Position numbers and translations under genes: made by a program. The notes under the pieces were generated by a model that worked only from the letters and a program-made list of their open reading frames with translations, was not told where the DNA came from and did no database searches. Of a stretch of DNA of 64,000 bases, positions 1-11,945 are shown piece after piece. Positions within the stretch are counted from its first letter, which is position 1; every line of letters begins with the position of its first letter. The DNA is from Chiloscyllium plagiosum (taxonomy: Eukaryota), in the NCBI RefSeq assembly GCF_004010195.1, contig NC_057718.1, positions 52,594,254 to 52,658,253 of the forward strand, read 5' to 3'.

Positions 1-350
1 TGCCAACTGTCAGCCTGAAACTGGATATTTTCTAACTGTTGCTGCATTTGGACATGGATTGCTTAAGTATTTGAGAAGGGTCATGAATGCTGTTGAACAT
101 GGTGCAAACATCATTGAAAATCTCCAATTCTGGCCTTATGATGGAGGAAAAGTCACTGATGAAACAGCTGAAGATGCTCATCTGCTTCTCTGAGTAATTC
201 CAGCAGAGTTGTGGGGTAGCTGAAATAATTGACCTCTGACTCTTTTGTGCATCTTTTGTGCCTGATGTGACCATTGGAGAGTTTTCTCCCTAATTGTAAT
301 TGAGATCCTTGATGACACACTCTCTCAATAGCACCTTGATATCAAGTGTT
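1..350 (-). mobile_element. CR1-group LINE family 2, internal RT fragment (degenerate)
   Basis: Similar to 18380-18660 (e.g. aaacagctgaagatg vs aagcagctgaagattg) and to the reverse complement of 11280-11600. Confidence 0.65.
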
Positions 351-662
351 GTTTGAATACACTGTTGATGTAGGTTTAGCCTAAGTCCCTACTTTACAAT
401 TCCATACTTCCAGGAATAAACCCAAGGGCTTGGTTTGTGTTCTTTTCATGACTTTGCTAAACTTTGGCCTAACTTTTTGTGACTAATGTCTGTATAGTCC
501 AATATCCTTTCATGCATTTGCCTTACCTTGATCTGTACCTTCCATGTTATAGATAGCATTCTTATTTGTCTCACCAAAATGTATTACATCATGTCTACCT
601 ACGATGAACTTCACAATTATTTGGCTATTCTGCAAGTTTATTAATGTCTTCCTGAAATTTAT
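350..662 (-). mobile_element. Degenerate CR1 (HER1-like) RT fragment
   Basis: Resembles the minus-strand CR1 copies (ccaaaatgtattacatc...atgaacttca vs ccaaaatgcagcacctc...ttaaactcca at 42076-42120). Confidence 0.45.
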
Positions 663-669
663 TGCAGTC

Positions 670-737
670 AAGAAGTGAGGCACTGGAGAAGCACAACTGG
701 TCAGGCAGCATCCGCGGAGCAGGAGAATCGATGTTTC
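670..737 (-). mobile_element. Penelope-like family A terminal fragment
   Basis: ggtcaggcagcatccgcggagcaggagaatcgatgtttc matches the repeat at 39758-39876 and 45876-46000. Confidence 0.7.
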
Positions 738-2372
738 TTGCAGCTCTCCTTATAATGCTGAATGCTACTTGGATCTTATTCTATGTGGCATGGACTGCTC
801 CATTATCTTATCTCATGATTGCTCTTTTCTTGGCATGCAGGGTCTTGGAGAATGCTTAAAGTGAACTCCTCTGTGAAAGAGATAGGGCTAGAATTCAAAG
901 TAATTATTTATTTATATTATGTTAAATAAAGATTAAGTAAGTTTGATGATGCTGCTGTGAAGGTAAACTTTGTTCTGACCTCTTAACAGTGTGATCACTT
1001 GGCTTTGTGCAATGTTTTGTTTTCTGCTGTTTCTATCTTGTAGCTTCACAAGATCAGTACTGCATTTTTGTTTTGTACTTGGTGCTGTCTCCCATTTGGG
1101 ATGATAGAAGCAATTGCTGAACTCAGAATTCCTATGTTTCTGATGCCTTGTGCTCCCCATGCCACCTCCCTTTCTCCCATAAAGATGTTTTGTCAAATTA
1201 ACTTCTTTCAGCATTATAGTCATCCATCCTAATCTATTATTTTTAAACTTTGACTTTGAAAAGCATTTTGAATATTTTTCCATGCTAAGGCCACTATATA
1301 AATGCCAGTTGATTTGTTGTTGACCAAATCTAATTGCCATGTGTCATTGCCAATGGCAATGAAAGTCACCACAGCCTGAATTTTATGTCTCAGGGTCATT
1401 CTGGGTAAACATAAATTACCTGTGCAGCTTCAGTCAGTTTAATACGTAGAGATACATCACAGAAATGACAGATGCCTTGATCCACCAGGTCAACAATTTC
1501 ATGTTGTTTTTAGTGGACAATGAAATCTGCAAAATACTGTTGTATAGATTGGCTTCTCAAGAACGTGGATAGTCACTGATGCATATACGTTACCATTCAA
1601 AGCCCACAGCAAAATGTCTTTCATAGCACCAGAACACACCAACATTCCATCTCTCCTAACCCCAATCTAAGTGCGTTTTCAGAAATTCTCCACTTGACCT
1701 TGCTATTTTTCCAAATTCAACTCTTCAAATTGCCCATGGAGTGGACAAGATAGTTTGATTGATGAAATAAAAATGATCAAAGGTCCTGATAGTCCCTTAA
1801 CAGATTTTCCAATCCAAACAAGCAGGATCTTTGTCCCAATTTATTTGGTGCAAAGTCACTATTTTTCCTAAAAATTAATATGAGAACATTTTAAAATCAC
1901 TCCAGTGGTATATACGTTTTGTCAATTTGCTCTCACATGCTTGTCTTCCAGAGAAACCTTACATGCTCAAAGAAACATATGGAAAGCATAAATGGTCTTG
2001 GCATCTGGTTATCCTGATCTTTATGGCAAATATACAGGAGATTGGCACAGACAAGGCATGAGACATAGAAAAACTGGCCACTGAAGATCGTACATGACTA
2101 ACTGACCTGTAATTACCAACAAATAAAAGATTTAAACAAACACCTGTTTTCCAAAGAGACTAGACAAATGCTTTCATTTCAAATAAATTTTGCATGCTTA
2201 TTCAAATTGGGATACTGAAAGGCCTAAATTAATGTCTACTGAAAAATGTTGCCTTTGTTAGAGCACCATATGGTGCACAATAGAACATTTATATTATGAA
2301 GGGAAGAGGAGCGAAGAAGGGAGAAAATACTCTGGAGGAGCAGAGAGATCAAGCTCCTAACCATAAATGCAA

Positions 2373-3241
2373 GGGTTCAGATCTTCTGGTCAGCACCAAT
2401 GCTGAAAACATTGATGCTGCTCTCAAACAGCTCTTTGTCCAGATCCTATCAGAACTCTGAAAATATTGAAAGGATGGCACAGCCATCACTGGGGAAGCTT
2501 ATGGGGTGCAAGAAATGATGGAAGAAGGGAAGTCAGACTCCCTTTATATGACAGCCGCTGTTGTAAGCTGTTTAAGGAATAAGATTTCCAGTAAGTGAGT
2601 AAGTCAGTGAATGGTTGTGGCTGGTGAGCAGATGGTTGGGTCAGAGGAGATGGTAGTTGTGTGAGGGATATATACTTTGGCTTGAGGTAATCAGGGGCTT
2701 GAGGTTAGTCAAGTGGTGAAGGGGAAGCTAGTTGGCTGGTTAGGATGGTGAAATAGTCAAGTGATTGGGAGGGTTAATAGAGTTGTCTGGGCGTACTTGA
2801 GTTAGGTGGGGAGACTTAGTCAGGAGAGCTGGATAGGGTAGTCATGTGATCAGTAAGTCTAGTGATTGGGGGTTGTGAGGCAGTAGTTGGGTGTTCAAGG
2901 AAGTAATTGGATGGTTGGGATGTAGTTGGATTTGCTCGCAGGGCTGACTTGGAGACTTGGTTCTGATACTAAATGGAGTTATTTTGGTTAATCACTGAGT
3001 TAGACGAGGTATTTAACTGTGTAAATATCCAGGATAAGTATTTAAGTTCAAACTCGTCTCCGCCCTAAGCTCTGAGTCACAGATATTATGGAGGATCCTA
3101 GGCACTGCATCAGAAGTTTAAACTTCCTGGGCAGTAACAGCATGTGTGTGTGTGTGTGTCAGGACTTCCACGTAGTCCTAATGCACAAACACTTCAATTT
3201 AGGTCTCATCTCTGATGATCCAGAGGCCAGAGATTTGGGCC
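2373..3241. mobile_element. Possible non-autonomous DNA transposon containing a degenerate G-rich minisatellite and (TG)n
   Basis: Imperfect terminal inverted repeats (ggttcagatcttctggtc vs ggccagagatttgggcc). Internal ggtagttggatggttggg-like repeats at ~2610-2935. Confidence 0.3.
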
Positions 3242-4049
3242 ATTATTAAATGCAAACAATTTAGAACCTAGGGTGAGAAAAGTGTCTGTCTGTAGAAAGT
3301 TGTGATGCTGTGGAATTGAATACGAAGGGTGGTGGTTCAGGAAGAAATTTACCAAGATTAAAAATGAGAATGATGGTGAAGGTAAATAGGGATAGAGGAA
3401 AGGAGCTGCTAAGCAACCTTAAGAATTTTTTTTTATGTAACTATTAGATGTTGACAATGACTAGTTGAATGAATGGCATGTTTGTCTGTTGTTACTTTTA
3501 TGTATTTGTATGTCTGCAGCTATAAGTCTCAATATGGATTTTACCTTCAAGCAGAATCAAAGCCTAAGAAAATTCAGGGGCATGAAAATTCACTCAGTAG
3601 GCAATTAAAATCCCAAAGAGGGATTAGTCTGATCAGGTGACAGACAGCCAGAGTAAATCCCACACAGGATTTGAAGAATGATCATTATATTCTGTACAAT
3701 TTGCTTTGCAGAACCATAGCAAGATAAAAGGCTAGAAGCAAGAATATTTAATTAGCTGCCAAAACTACCAATTTGATTTCTTTGAAATCCAAGCATTCCA
3801 CATATGTCCATAACACCTTCCAGTGCACATTCTTAATCATCTATTCCTATCGCTTATGGTTCAATTTCTTTATCCTAAGCAGTGAAATACAAATACCATG
3901 TTGTACCAATGTAGTGTTTTTCTTTATTTCTACCATTCTTCGGCCAGTAAATGTTGTCAGGTTTATTGGCCCAGAGTTTTCCCCGGCGCCTGTTGCACAA
4001 TGGAGCAGCATCTCGTTTGCTACAGCTCCTCAGTGTATTCCTTTGAACT

Positions 4050-4345
4050 GCAGTTATGTGGATAAACAGACCAATCATTTTCACACAAAATATCACAACA
4101 AAACTAAAACAATTTGTTTTTATTTGGTGATCCTGTACAGTAGCCCAATTGTGCTGAAGGATTGGTCAGAACACCAAAACTATCTTCGTTTGAACTCGTT
4201 GAACAGAATCTTCAAAATCCACTCGGAGAAATGGAACAAATAGGGTCACACTTTAAGGTCTCATTTTAAGAGTGCAGCATGCCATCCATACTGCACTGAA
4301 ACATAGATTGTGTGCTTGAGCACTCTGTAAGGTTTGAATACATAG
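4050..4345 (-). mobile_element. DeuSINE (SacSINE1/AmnSINE1-like) relic
   Basis: Ordered motifs gattggtcagaacacc, aatcttcaaaatccac, ttaaggtctcat and agtgcagca...tactgcactg match the recalled reverse complement of the Deu domain and head. Confidence 0.55.
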
Positions 4346-4669
4346 TTACAATTACCTACATAATTGTGCTTTGTCAAGTGACTTAAGCACATTGAAACTG
4401 ACAATGGGTGAACGGGCAGTTTAGCCCTCAAAATCTATACAGCTGAATGTTAACATTCATGAGAAATATGCCACCTTTGCTGGGTTGGCATTTATATTTA
4501 GAGCTTGCAACATACATTCCACTGAGACAAGCAATTGCAATAATTAATTCTGGCCTGGACAGCAATTTAATTTGTACAGTAGCCCAATAAAGGAGTGAGG
4601 AAGGGTTATAAAACCTACATTTGCATGTGGGGACCATCGCCTGCCTGTCTGAATTCACCGAGGCTATTC

Positions 4670-5451
4670 ACATTGGACTTTATAAAATGGTTATATTTTA
4701 AACTGTCTCCTTTCGTTCGAGATGGAATAGATTAGGTTGGAGAATGGGATGAGGTTCCATATGATATTTTCCTGAATGTAAGTCCATCTAACCTCACATT
4801 GAGTCAGCCTCGATAAAACTCATGACCTGCTTGTTAAGGAGGCAGAAACTTTAACTGAAATTTCTTCAAAGACATTGAACACTTTGGCACAAAGCAGAAC
4901 GTTGATGGCTATACTGTTGCCCAGACTCTCAGAATCAGTAGATCAAAAGATTTGGGGAAGAAGAAGACCAAAAGTAGGTACTGCTACATAAGGCGGTCAC
5001 AAAGGACTTCTTTTGGATTAATCACCAACAGAGGTCCCTGTGAGACCAGGACCTCTGTTTAAGGAAAGAAAGATTGAGGAGAAAAAGTTTTTTTTAAAAT
5101 TACCAAAGGTTACCTTTCTGCTGGAAGTCCATTCAATTGTGCTCAGAAATTTGAGTGAATGAGATTTTAGTTAAAAGGATGCTAGTAGAGGAGGGAGAAA
5201 TGATCCTGTTAAAGCCTGATAGAACTGGGATTTCTAAACATAAGACTACATTTCTGCTAAGTGTCAGCTATAAAGTGTAAAAATGATGTGCAGTCTTCAG
5301 TTATGTTAATTCTTTTAGTTATCAACTGAGGAATATTTAGTCAAAGTTGATTCTAGTGTGTTTGCTACAATAGACTTCCTGTACGATCCTTGGAGTTGAT
5401 TGAAGGAAGTTTTTGTTTTAACATTATCCATCCCTTCAGAGATCATAAACA
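4670..5451 (+). mobile_element. 5' LTR of a decayed Gypsy-like element
   Basis: Diverged direct repeat of 7696-9120. Ends ...gatcataaaca, followed by a tRNA-Pro-like primer binding site (PBS) tgggggagctcatc at 5461-5474. Confidence 0.6.
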
Positions 5452-5552
5452 AATTGAGGGTGGGGGAGCTCATCTAAGACCTAAACCCAGCTGCTGTAAA
5501 ATGAGCATAATTGAATTTGGTCGAGGTTAAACAAACAAAATTTCACATTCTT

Positions 5553-6005
5553 CACCACCTGCAGGTACAGCAGGTAGTGAAGAAAGCTAATAGAATGCTG
5601 GCCTTCATAACAAGAGGAATTGAGTATAGAAGCAAAGAGGTGCTTCTGCAGCTGTACAGGGCCCTGGTGAGACCACACCTGGAGTACTGTGTGCAGTTCT
5701 GGTCTCCAAATTTGAGAAAAGACATTCTGGCTATGGAGGGAGTGCAGCGTAGGTTCACGAGATCAATTCCTGGAATGGCGGGATTACCTTACACTGAAAG
5801 ACTGAAGCGACTGGCCTTGTATNNATTGATTTAAGAAGGAGTCGGATAGAGCTCTCAAAGATAGTGGAATCAAGGGTTATGGAGATAAGGCAGGAACAGG
5901 ATACTGATTAGGAATGATCAGCCATGATTATATTGAATGGCGGTGCAGGCTCGAAGGGCTGAATGGCCTACTCCTGCACCTAGTGTCTATTGTCTATTGT
6001 CTATT
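5553..6005 (+). mobile_element. CR1 LINE 3' fragment
   Basis: Translates KKANRMLAFITRGIEYRSKEVLLQLYRALVRPHLEYCVQFWSP (CR1 ORF2 C-terminus). Ends in a (tctattg)n tail. Confidence 0.92.
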
Positions 6006-6194
6006 TACTTTTGCTGATTTCCCTGAAAGGTGAATGTGGCTACAGCGAGTGTTTAAATGTTTGTGGAGAGAGATAACCTGAGTGTTGATGCTTTAGAACA
6101 GTTAAAAGGTTAATTTGATGACTGTGATAAAAGAGTTGGGAGTAGATTTAAAAGTCAGGGATTTGAAAGTAAGCAATCAATGCAAAAGTGGCAA

Positions 6195-6560
6195 CATCTA
6201 CAAGATCTCATCTGCAAGATATAATGCAGGCAAATCACCGGATCCTTTGATAGCAGCATCTAAAGCTGTGATCCGACAACCCAGAAGGACAAGAGTTGCA
6301 GATACATGGGGACAGGACCGCCTCCAGGCTCCCCTGCAAGCCACACACCATCCTGACTTGGACCAATACTGCCATTCCTTCAACCATCTCTGGCTCAAAA
6401 TCCTAGCATATCCTTCCAAACAGTCATTTGTGTGTACCTACACCATATGGTCCTCAACGTCTGGCATCGGTGTCACATAGGGACACCTTCTCAAGGGTGA
6501 TTAATGATGGGTGATTGTTGTCATTGCCAGTGATACTTATATCCTGTGAATGAATATGTA
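6195..6560 (+). mobile_element. CR1-group LINE family 2, 3' end
   Basis: Matches 61030-61350 (catctacaagat...ccttctcaaggg...). Ends with the family tail atcctgtgaatgaat. Confidence 0.8.
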
Positions 6561-7695
6561 AACACAATATTTTTTAAAAGGCAGTAATTGTTGAAGTATT
6601 GGTTCGATACTTGAAAAAGTGAGATGCGGAATGGTGATCTCATGGCACTCAAGTTGATTTCAACTAGAATTGAAGTTCGAAAGAACAAAATGAGAAAAAG
6701 AGAAATGTACTAAAGCAAGTATTGGTGAAGTAAGTAGCAAGAGTAAGCAAGGCTGATGATGAAACAAAGGAACGAAATGTTTTACAAATAAAAGAACCGC
6801 TACAATAACTATAGGATTGCAAAAGAAGAATACATGGTTTTGAGCATAAATTAAAAACTTTAAAATGGCAAAGCTGTCAGACTTGCTCGAAAAAGGGCTG
6901 TATAGAGCTCATGTTGAAAAGGAAGTTGAGAAAAAAGAGAATGCATGAACTGACTAGAAAGGAACATCAAAATTGTTTGTCTGATCACTGAGATAATCTT
7001 AATATGTTCCTTAAGGCAGTAGGAGAGAATTTTACTTGACACAAGAATGAATTATTTGTACAAAAAGAGGCAGTGTTAAATCTCTATTTCCTGGGAAAGA
7101 ACAGCAAATCATGGCAATGTATTTAAAATAAATAAACTTGAGAATAATTTAGATATATAGCTAGCTGAGACTTTTTTTTCATGGTTAAACATTAAAAATG
7201 ACATGTAAACATATAAGAGAATTGGAGGTCAGTAGCTAAACTCTGTCCTGTGATTTAACGACTATGTTGAAAGGTCAACACTCAGATAGCAAAGTTGTAT
7301 TTGATAAAGTTAACTAGACTAAAGCAAATACAGTAATCAGTTTTCTTTCCTAAGAAAGCTGTAAAAAATGCACAAAATGAGAAAGGAGATCTCTGTGATG
7401 GGTGATAGATAGCAAAGAAAAGGAGTGATCTCTAATTTCTAAGAGATTTGGAACTCTCAAAACTCACATGAACAGAACTTTAAGTCCTAAATGTCACATG
7501 CAATTGATAGCGACAGGTTAAGCAATAAAATGCTGCAAGGTGAAATGTTTCGAAATGAAATTGAAAACAGGGAAAGAATACTATCAATACCGTATGTACT
7601 AAGTCAGACATAAAACTGTTCCCAATGTTATATCTTGTTACTCTTGCAGGAAAATCATTACTATGGTAATTTTTTTCTTTTTTTAAGAGTAGATC

Positions 7696-9120
7696 TGTTA
7701 TAAATGCTGGAGCTTTCAAGACATTTATGTTTTAAACTGTCCCCTTTTAATTCAAGGGAAAATGGAGAAGGTTGGAAAAATGATGGCACCTCAGAATGAT
7801 CTGAACAGAGAAAAGCCCATGTGACCTCATTCTGAGTCTGAACAGGGAAAAACTCATGTGACCTGCCTGTCACGTAGGGAGAAACTTAAATTGTCATTTA
7901 TTTAAAGTCATGTGCAAATTTTAAAGGAGGAGGCAGGCTGCTACCCAGATTCAGCCTCTCAGATAGAATCCATCCAAAGGATTTGGGAAGGTTGAGAAAA
8001 GACTGAAAACAGGTGCTGAAAAGCAAAGCTGATGAAAATGTTCACTTGTTGGTTCAGGACTAAATGAAATTCTGATGAGGACAGAACCCCTGCTCTAAGG
8101 AACAAGGATAGTGGAGACTTTTTAAAAAAAGGACACATCAGATGTTACTTTGCTACTAGAAGTTCATTTGATTTTGGTCAGAAGATAGAGCGAAGGGAAC
8201 GTGGCTTAAAAGGAGACTCGAAAATTCACCTTCATGGAAAAGGGAGTGGTGACCCTGGAAAAGCCTGGATGAACTTGAGATTTTTAAATCGCCATATCTG
8301 TTAATACTAAATATATATGGTAGCCACTGCTAAATTCACTCACGTGCATTTAAATGGGCTAAGCTTGAAACTTGTGGGCAATGCAGCTGTGAAAGCAGAT
8401 GGGGTATATGTCTGTGACTGGGGGCACAGAGGGGTCTCTGAAGGTGGGAAGGGATGAGAGAGAGGGATGATGGACAATAGGAAGGAGATAAAGGTAGAGA
8501 AAGATGGAGAGGAGGAAGAGAAAGGGGAAAAGGGAGAGAGGGGTTGGGTAGCCAGGGGTCTCCACCTGCTTTCCTGATTCTTTCCCTCTCCTCACTACTC
8601 CCCAGTCCTTGCTACTCTCCATCCTCACTTCCCCAATCCTTACTCCTCCCCATCCTCACTCATCCCCATCCTTACTCTCTCCTTGCCCCTCATCCCTCAT
8701 TCCTCCCATTCCCTCATTCTCCCCTTACTCCCATTGAAATAGCATTTTTCTTCTCTGCATGTGCACAGTTCCTTAGCATATGACATCATATGTGATGACA
8801 TGACATTGTTGGAATTGCTGCATTGATGCCACTGTGCAGTTGTAAGCAATACCGGGTATCAGAAGATGCCATTTTTTTTTATTTAAGGCCTCATTTCTGC
8901 TGAGAGTGTAATATAGTGTATAAATGTAGGGTGGGTTTTTCAGTTTTGTTTCAGAAGTCAATAAGGAATATATTTATTGAACTTCAGAGCGTACTTGTCA
9001 CCTGCTAAGTAATGTTTCATCAACTTTGACTTTCGTGGGTTTGTTCCAGTGAAAAATGTGAAATTTTGCCATGTGATCCTGAAAAGTGATCACTGAAAAA
9101 TCCATAGCTCCTTTTTAAAA
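7696..9120 (+). mobile_element. 3' LTR of the same Gypsy-like element, interrupted at ~8310-8890
   Basis: Starts tgtta. Collinear similarity to 4670-5451 (tttaaactgt.cc, aaaactcatg, gatttggg.aag, aaagcctg, tttctgct...tcagtt.tgtt). Confidence 0.6.
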
Positions 9121-9400
9121 GGAAGTAACGACCTAGTCATGTAATTGCTGCATTTGTAATCCAGATATCCCGGGTGCCAGGGTTCAAATCCTATCATGGC
9201 AGATGGTAGCATTTGAATTTAATTAAAAAATTAAAATAAAGGTCACATGGTGACCGTGAAACCATTGCGGATTGTTGAAAATACCTTTCGGGCTTGTGAA
9301 TGTCCTTTAGAGAAGGAAACTGCCATCCTGGTCTGGCCTATATGTCACTCCTGACCAACAGCAACATAGTTGACTTCTAACTGTCCTCTGAAATGGCCAA

Positions 9401-9603
9401 AAATGTGTTGCTGGAAAAGCGCAGCAGGTCAGGCAGCATCCTAGGAACATGAGAATCGACGTTTCAGGCATAAGGGCTTCCTGAAGAAGGGCTTATGCCC
9501 GAAACGTCCATTCTCCTGTTCCTTGGATGCTGCCTGACCTGCTGCGCTTTTCCAGCAACACATTTTCAGCTCTGATCTCCAGCATCTGTAGCCCTCACTT
9601 TCT
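9401..9603. mobile_element. Penelope-like family A, inverted (fold-back) terminal insertion
   Basis: Two inverted arms. 15-bp TSD ctctgaaatggccaa at 9386-9400 and 9604-9618. Confidence 0.9.
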
Positions 9604-10835
9604 CTCTGAAATGGCCAAGCAAACCAGAACATCTCAAAAAGGGAATGAAACTGACAGACCACCTGGCATCAACCTAGGCAGGAGAAATGCTAATAGCCAA
9701 AACAGCCTTATCAAATCTACAAAGTCCTCCTTACTGAAATCCAGCAGTTAGAGTCAAAGTTTGGAGAGTTGTCCCACAGATTAGTGAGGCAACAGCCTGA
9801 AGCACATCCAATTATACCTTACAGGCAATATCCTGAATACCACTATCCTTCAAATTAGCAAGTACAGATGCACCAGAGGTGTCAGCGCAGTGGAATACAT
9901 TTGGGAGAGTGTTGTGCTGGAAGTGTTCAATATTGACTCTGGACCTCATGAAGTCTCATGCCATCAGGTCAAATATGAATAAGGAAACCTGCTGAATGCC
10001 ATGCACAATCCTCCCTCAGCTGATGAATCCGTGCTCCACCATGTTGGATGCCACTTGGAGAAACTACTAAGTATGGCAATGGTGCAAAATATACTCTGGG
10101 TAGAGGATTTCAATATCCATCACCAAGAGTGAGTCAGCTGCAGCACTTCTGATTGAGCTGGTCATGCATTGCTGCTATATTGCCTCTGCAGTAGGTAGTG
10201 ATGGAAAAATATACTTGACCTCATCATCACCAGTCTGCCTTCCACAGATACATCTGTCCATGATAGTATCAGAAAGAATGACTACCATGTAGAGATGAAG
10301 TGCTGCCTTTACATTGAAAATACCCTTCATTGAGTTGTGCCTCATGATCACGGTGCTAAATAAAACAGACTTCAAACAGATCTAGCAGCTCAAGACTGGG
10401 CATCTATGAGGCACTATGGGCCATTAACAGCAGCAGAATTGTAGTCCAACACAATCTTCAAACTCAAAGCCCAGCACAGCCTCCCTCAACCATTATCACC
10501 AAGCCAGGTATCAACTCTGGTTCCATGAAGACTACAGCAGGATATGCCAGGAGCAACACCAGCCATAACTAAAAATGAGGTGACAATCTAGTGAAGCTAC
10601 CAAACAGAACTGCTTGCATGCCAAACAGCATAAGCAGCAAGTGATAGACAGAGCTAAATGGTCTCACAATAATGGACTTGTCATCAACTCCAGAGTCCTG
10701 ACACATCAGTTATGTGTGGTGGTAGACAATCGAACAATTCACTGGAGGATGAGGCTTCACAATATCCCAATCCTCAATGATGGGAGAGCCTAACATATCT
10801 GTGCAAAGGACAGAGCTAAAGTCTTCTCAACTATT

Positions 10836-10967
10836 AGGCAGAAGTGGGTACTGCAGATGCTGGAGATCAGAGTCAAGATTAGAGTGGTGCTAGAAAAGCA
10901 TAGCAGGTCAGGCAGCATCTAAGGAACAGGAAAATCGATTTTTGGGGCAAAAGCCCTTCATCAGGAA
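10836..10967 (-). mobile_element. Penelope-like family A minimal unit (decayed hammerhead plus tail)
   Basis: 11-bp TSD tctcaactatt at 10825-10835 and 10968-10978. Confidence 0.85.
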
Positions 10968-11632
10968 TCTCAACTATTGCCAACCAGAAGTGCCAAGTGG
11001 ATGATTGATCTCAACTTCCCCCAGAGATCTAGGGCATCACAAATGTTAGTCTTCAGCTAATTTGATTCACTCGACATGAAATCAAGAAATTGTTGGAGGC
11101 ACTGGAAACTGCAAAGCTATATGCCAGGGCAATATTCCAGCAATGGTACTGAAAATTTCTGCATGAGAACGTGTCGCACCCCTCGCGAAGATGTTCCAGT
11201 TTGGGTTCCACCAGGGTCACTCAGCTCCTGATTTCATTATAGCCTTGGTTCAAATATGGATGAAAGAGCTGAATTCCAGAGGAGATGTGAGAGCAACAAT
11301 TCTTGACATCAAGACTGCATTTGACTGAGTGTGGCATCAAGCAGACCTGGCAAAACTGGATTCAATAGGAATCAGGTGAAAGACTCTGCTGCTAGGAATC
11401 ATACCTGGCACAAAGGAAGGTAGTTGTGATTGTTGGAGGTCAGTTATCTCAGTTCCAGGACATCACTACAGGACTTCCTCAGGGTGGTGCCCTAGGCCTA
11501 ACTATCTTCAGCTGCTTCATCAATAACCTTCCTTCCATCATAACATCAGAAGTGGGGATGTTCGTCGATGATTTCACAATGTTCAGCACCATTTTTGACT
11601 CCTCAGTTATCAAAGCTATCATCCATATTTGT

Positions 11633-11945
11633 GGGCGGCACGGTGGAACAGTGGTTAGCACTGCTGCCTCACAGCGCCTGAGACCCAGGTTCAATTCCTG
11701 CCTCAGGCGACTGACTGTGTGGAGTTTGCACGTTCTCCCCGTGTCTGCGTGGGTTTCCTCCGGGTGCTCCGGTTTCCTCCCACAGTCCAAAGATGTGCAG
11801 GTCAGGTGAATTGGCCATGCTAAATTGCCCGTAGTGTTAGGTAAGGGGTAAATGTAGGGACATGGGTGGGTTGCGCTTCGGCGGGTCGGTGTGGACTTGT
11901 TGGGCCTAAGGGCCTGTTTCCACGCTGTAATGTCATCTAATCTAA
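11633..11945 (+). mobile_element. HE1-type V-SINE
   Basis: tRNA-like head gggcggcacggtgg...ggttcaattcc; V-domain gtgtggagtttgcacgttctccccgtgtctgcgtgggtttcctccggg; (tctaa)n tail. Confidence 0.93.

Noticed and set aside
1420..1526. Minus-strand exon candidate (ttttgcag...cag|gtaatt)
   Set aside because: Stops in all three frames. A non-coding exon cannot be supported from sequence alone.
3773..4243. 156-aa ORF
   Set aside because: Non-ATG start, no recognisable domain, and it overlaps a DeuSINE relic.
11633..11705. tRNA gene
   Set aside because: A/B boxes belong to SINE heads and continue into SINE bodies.
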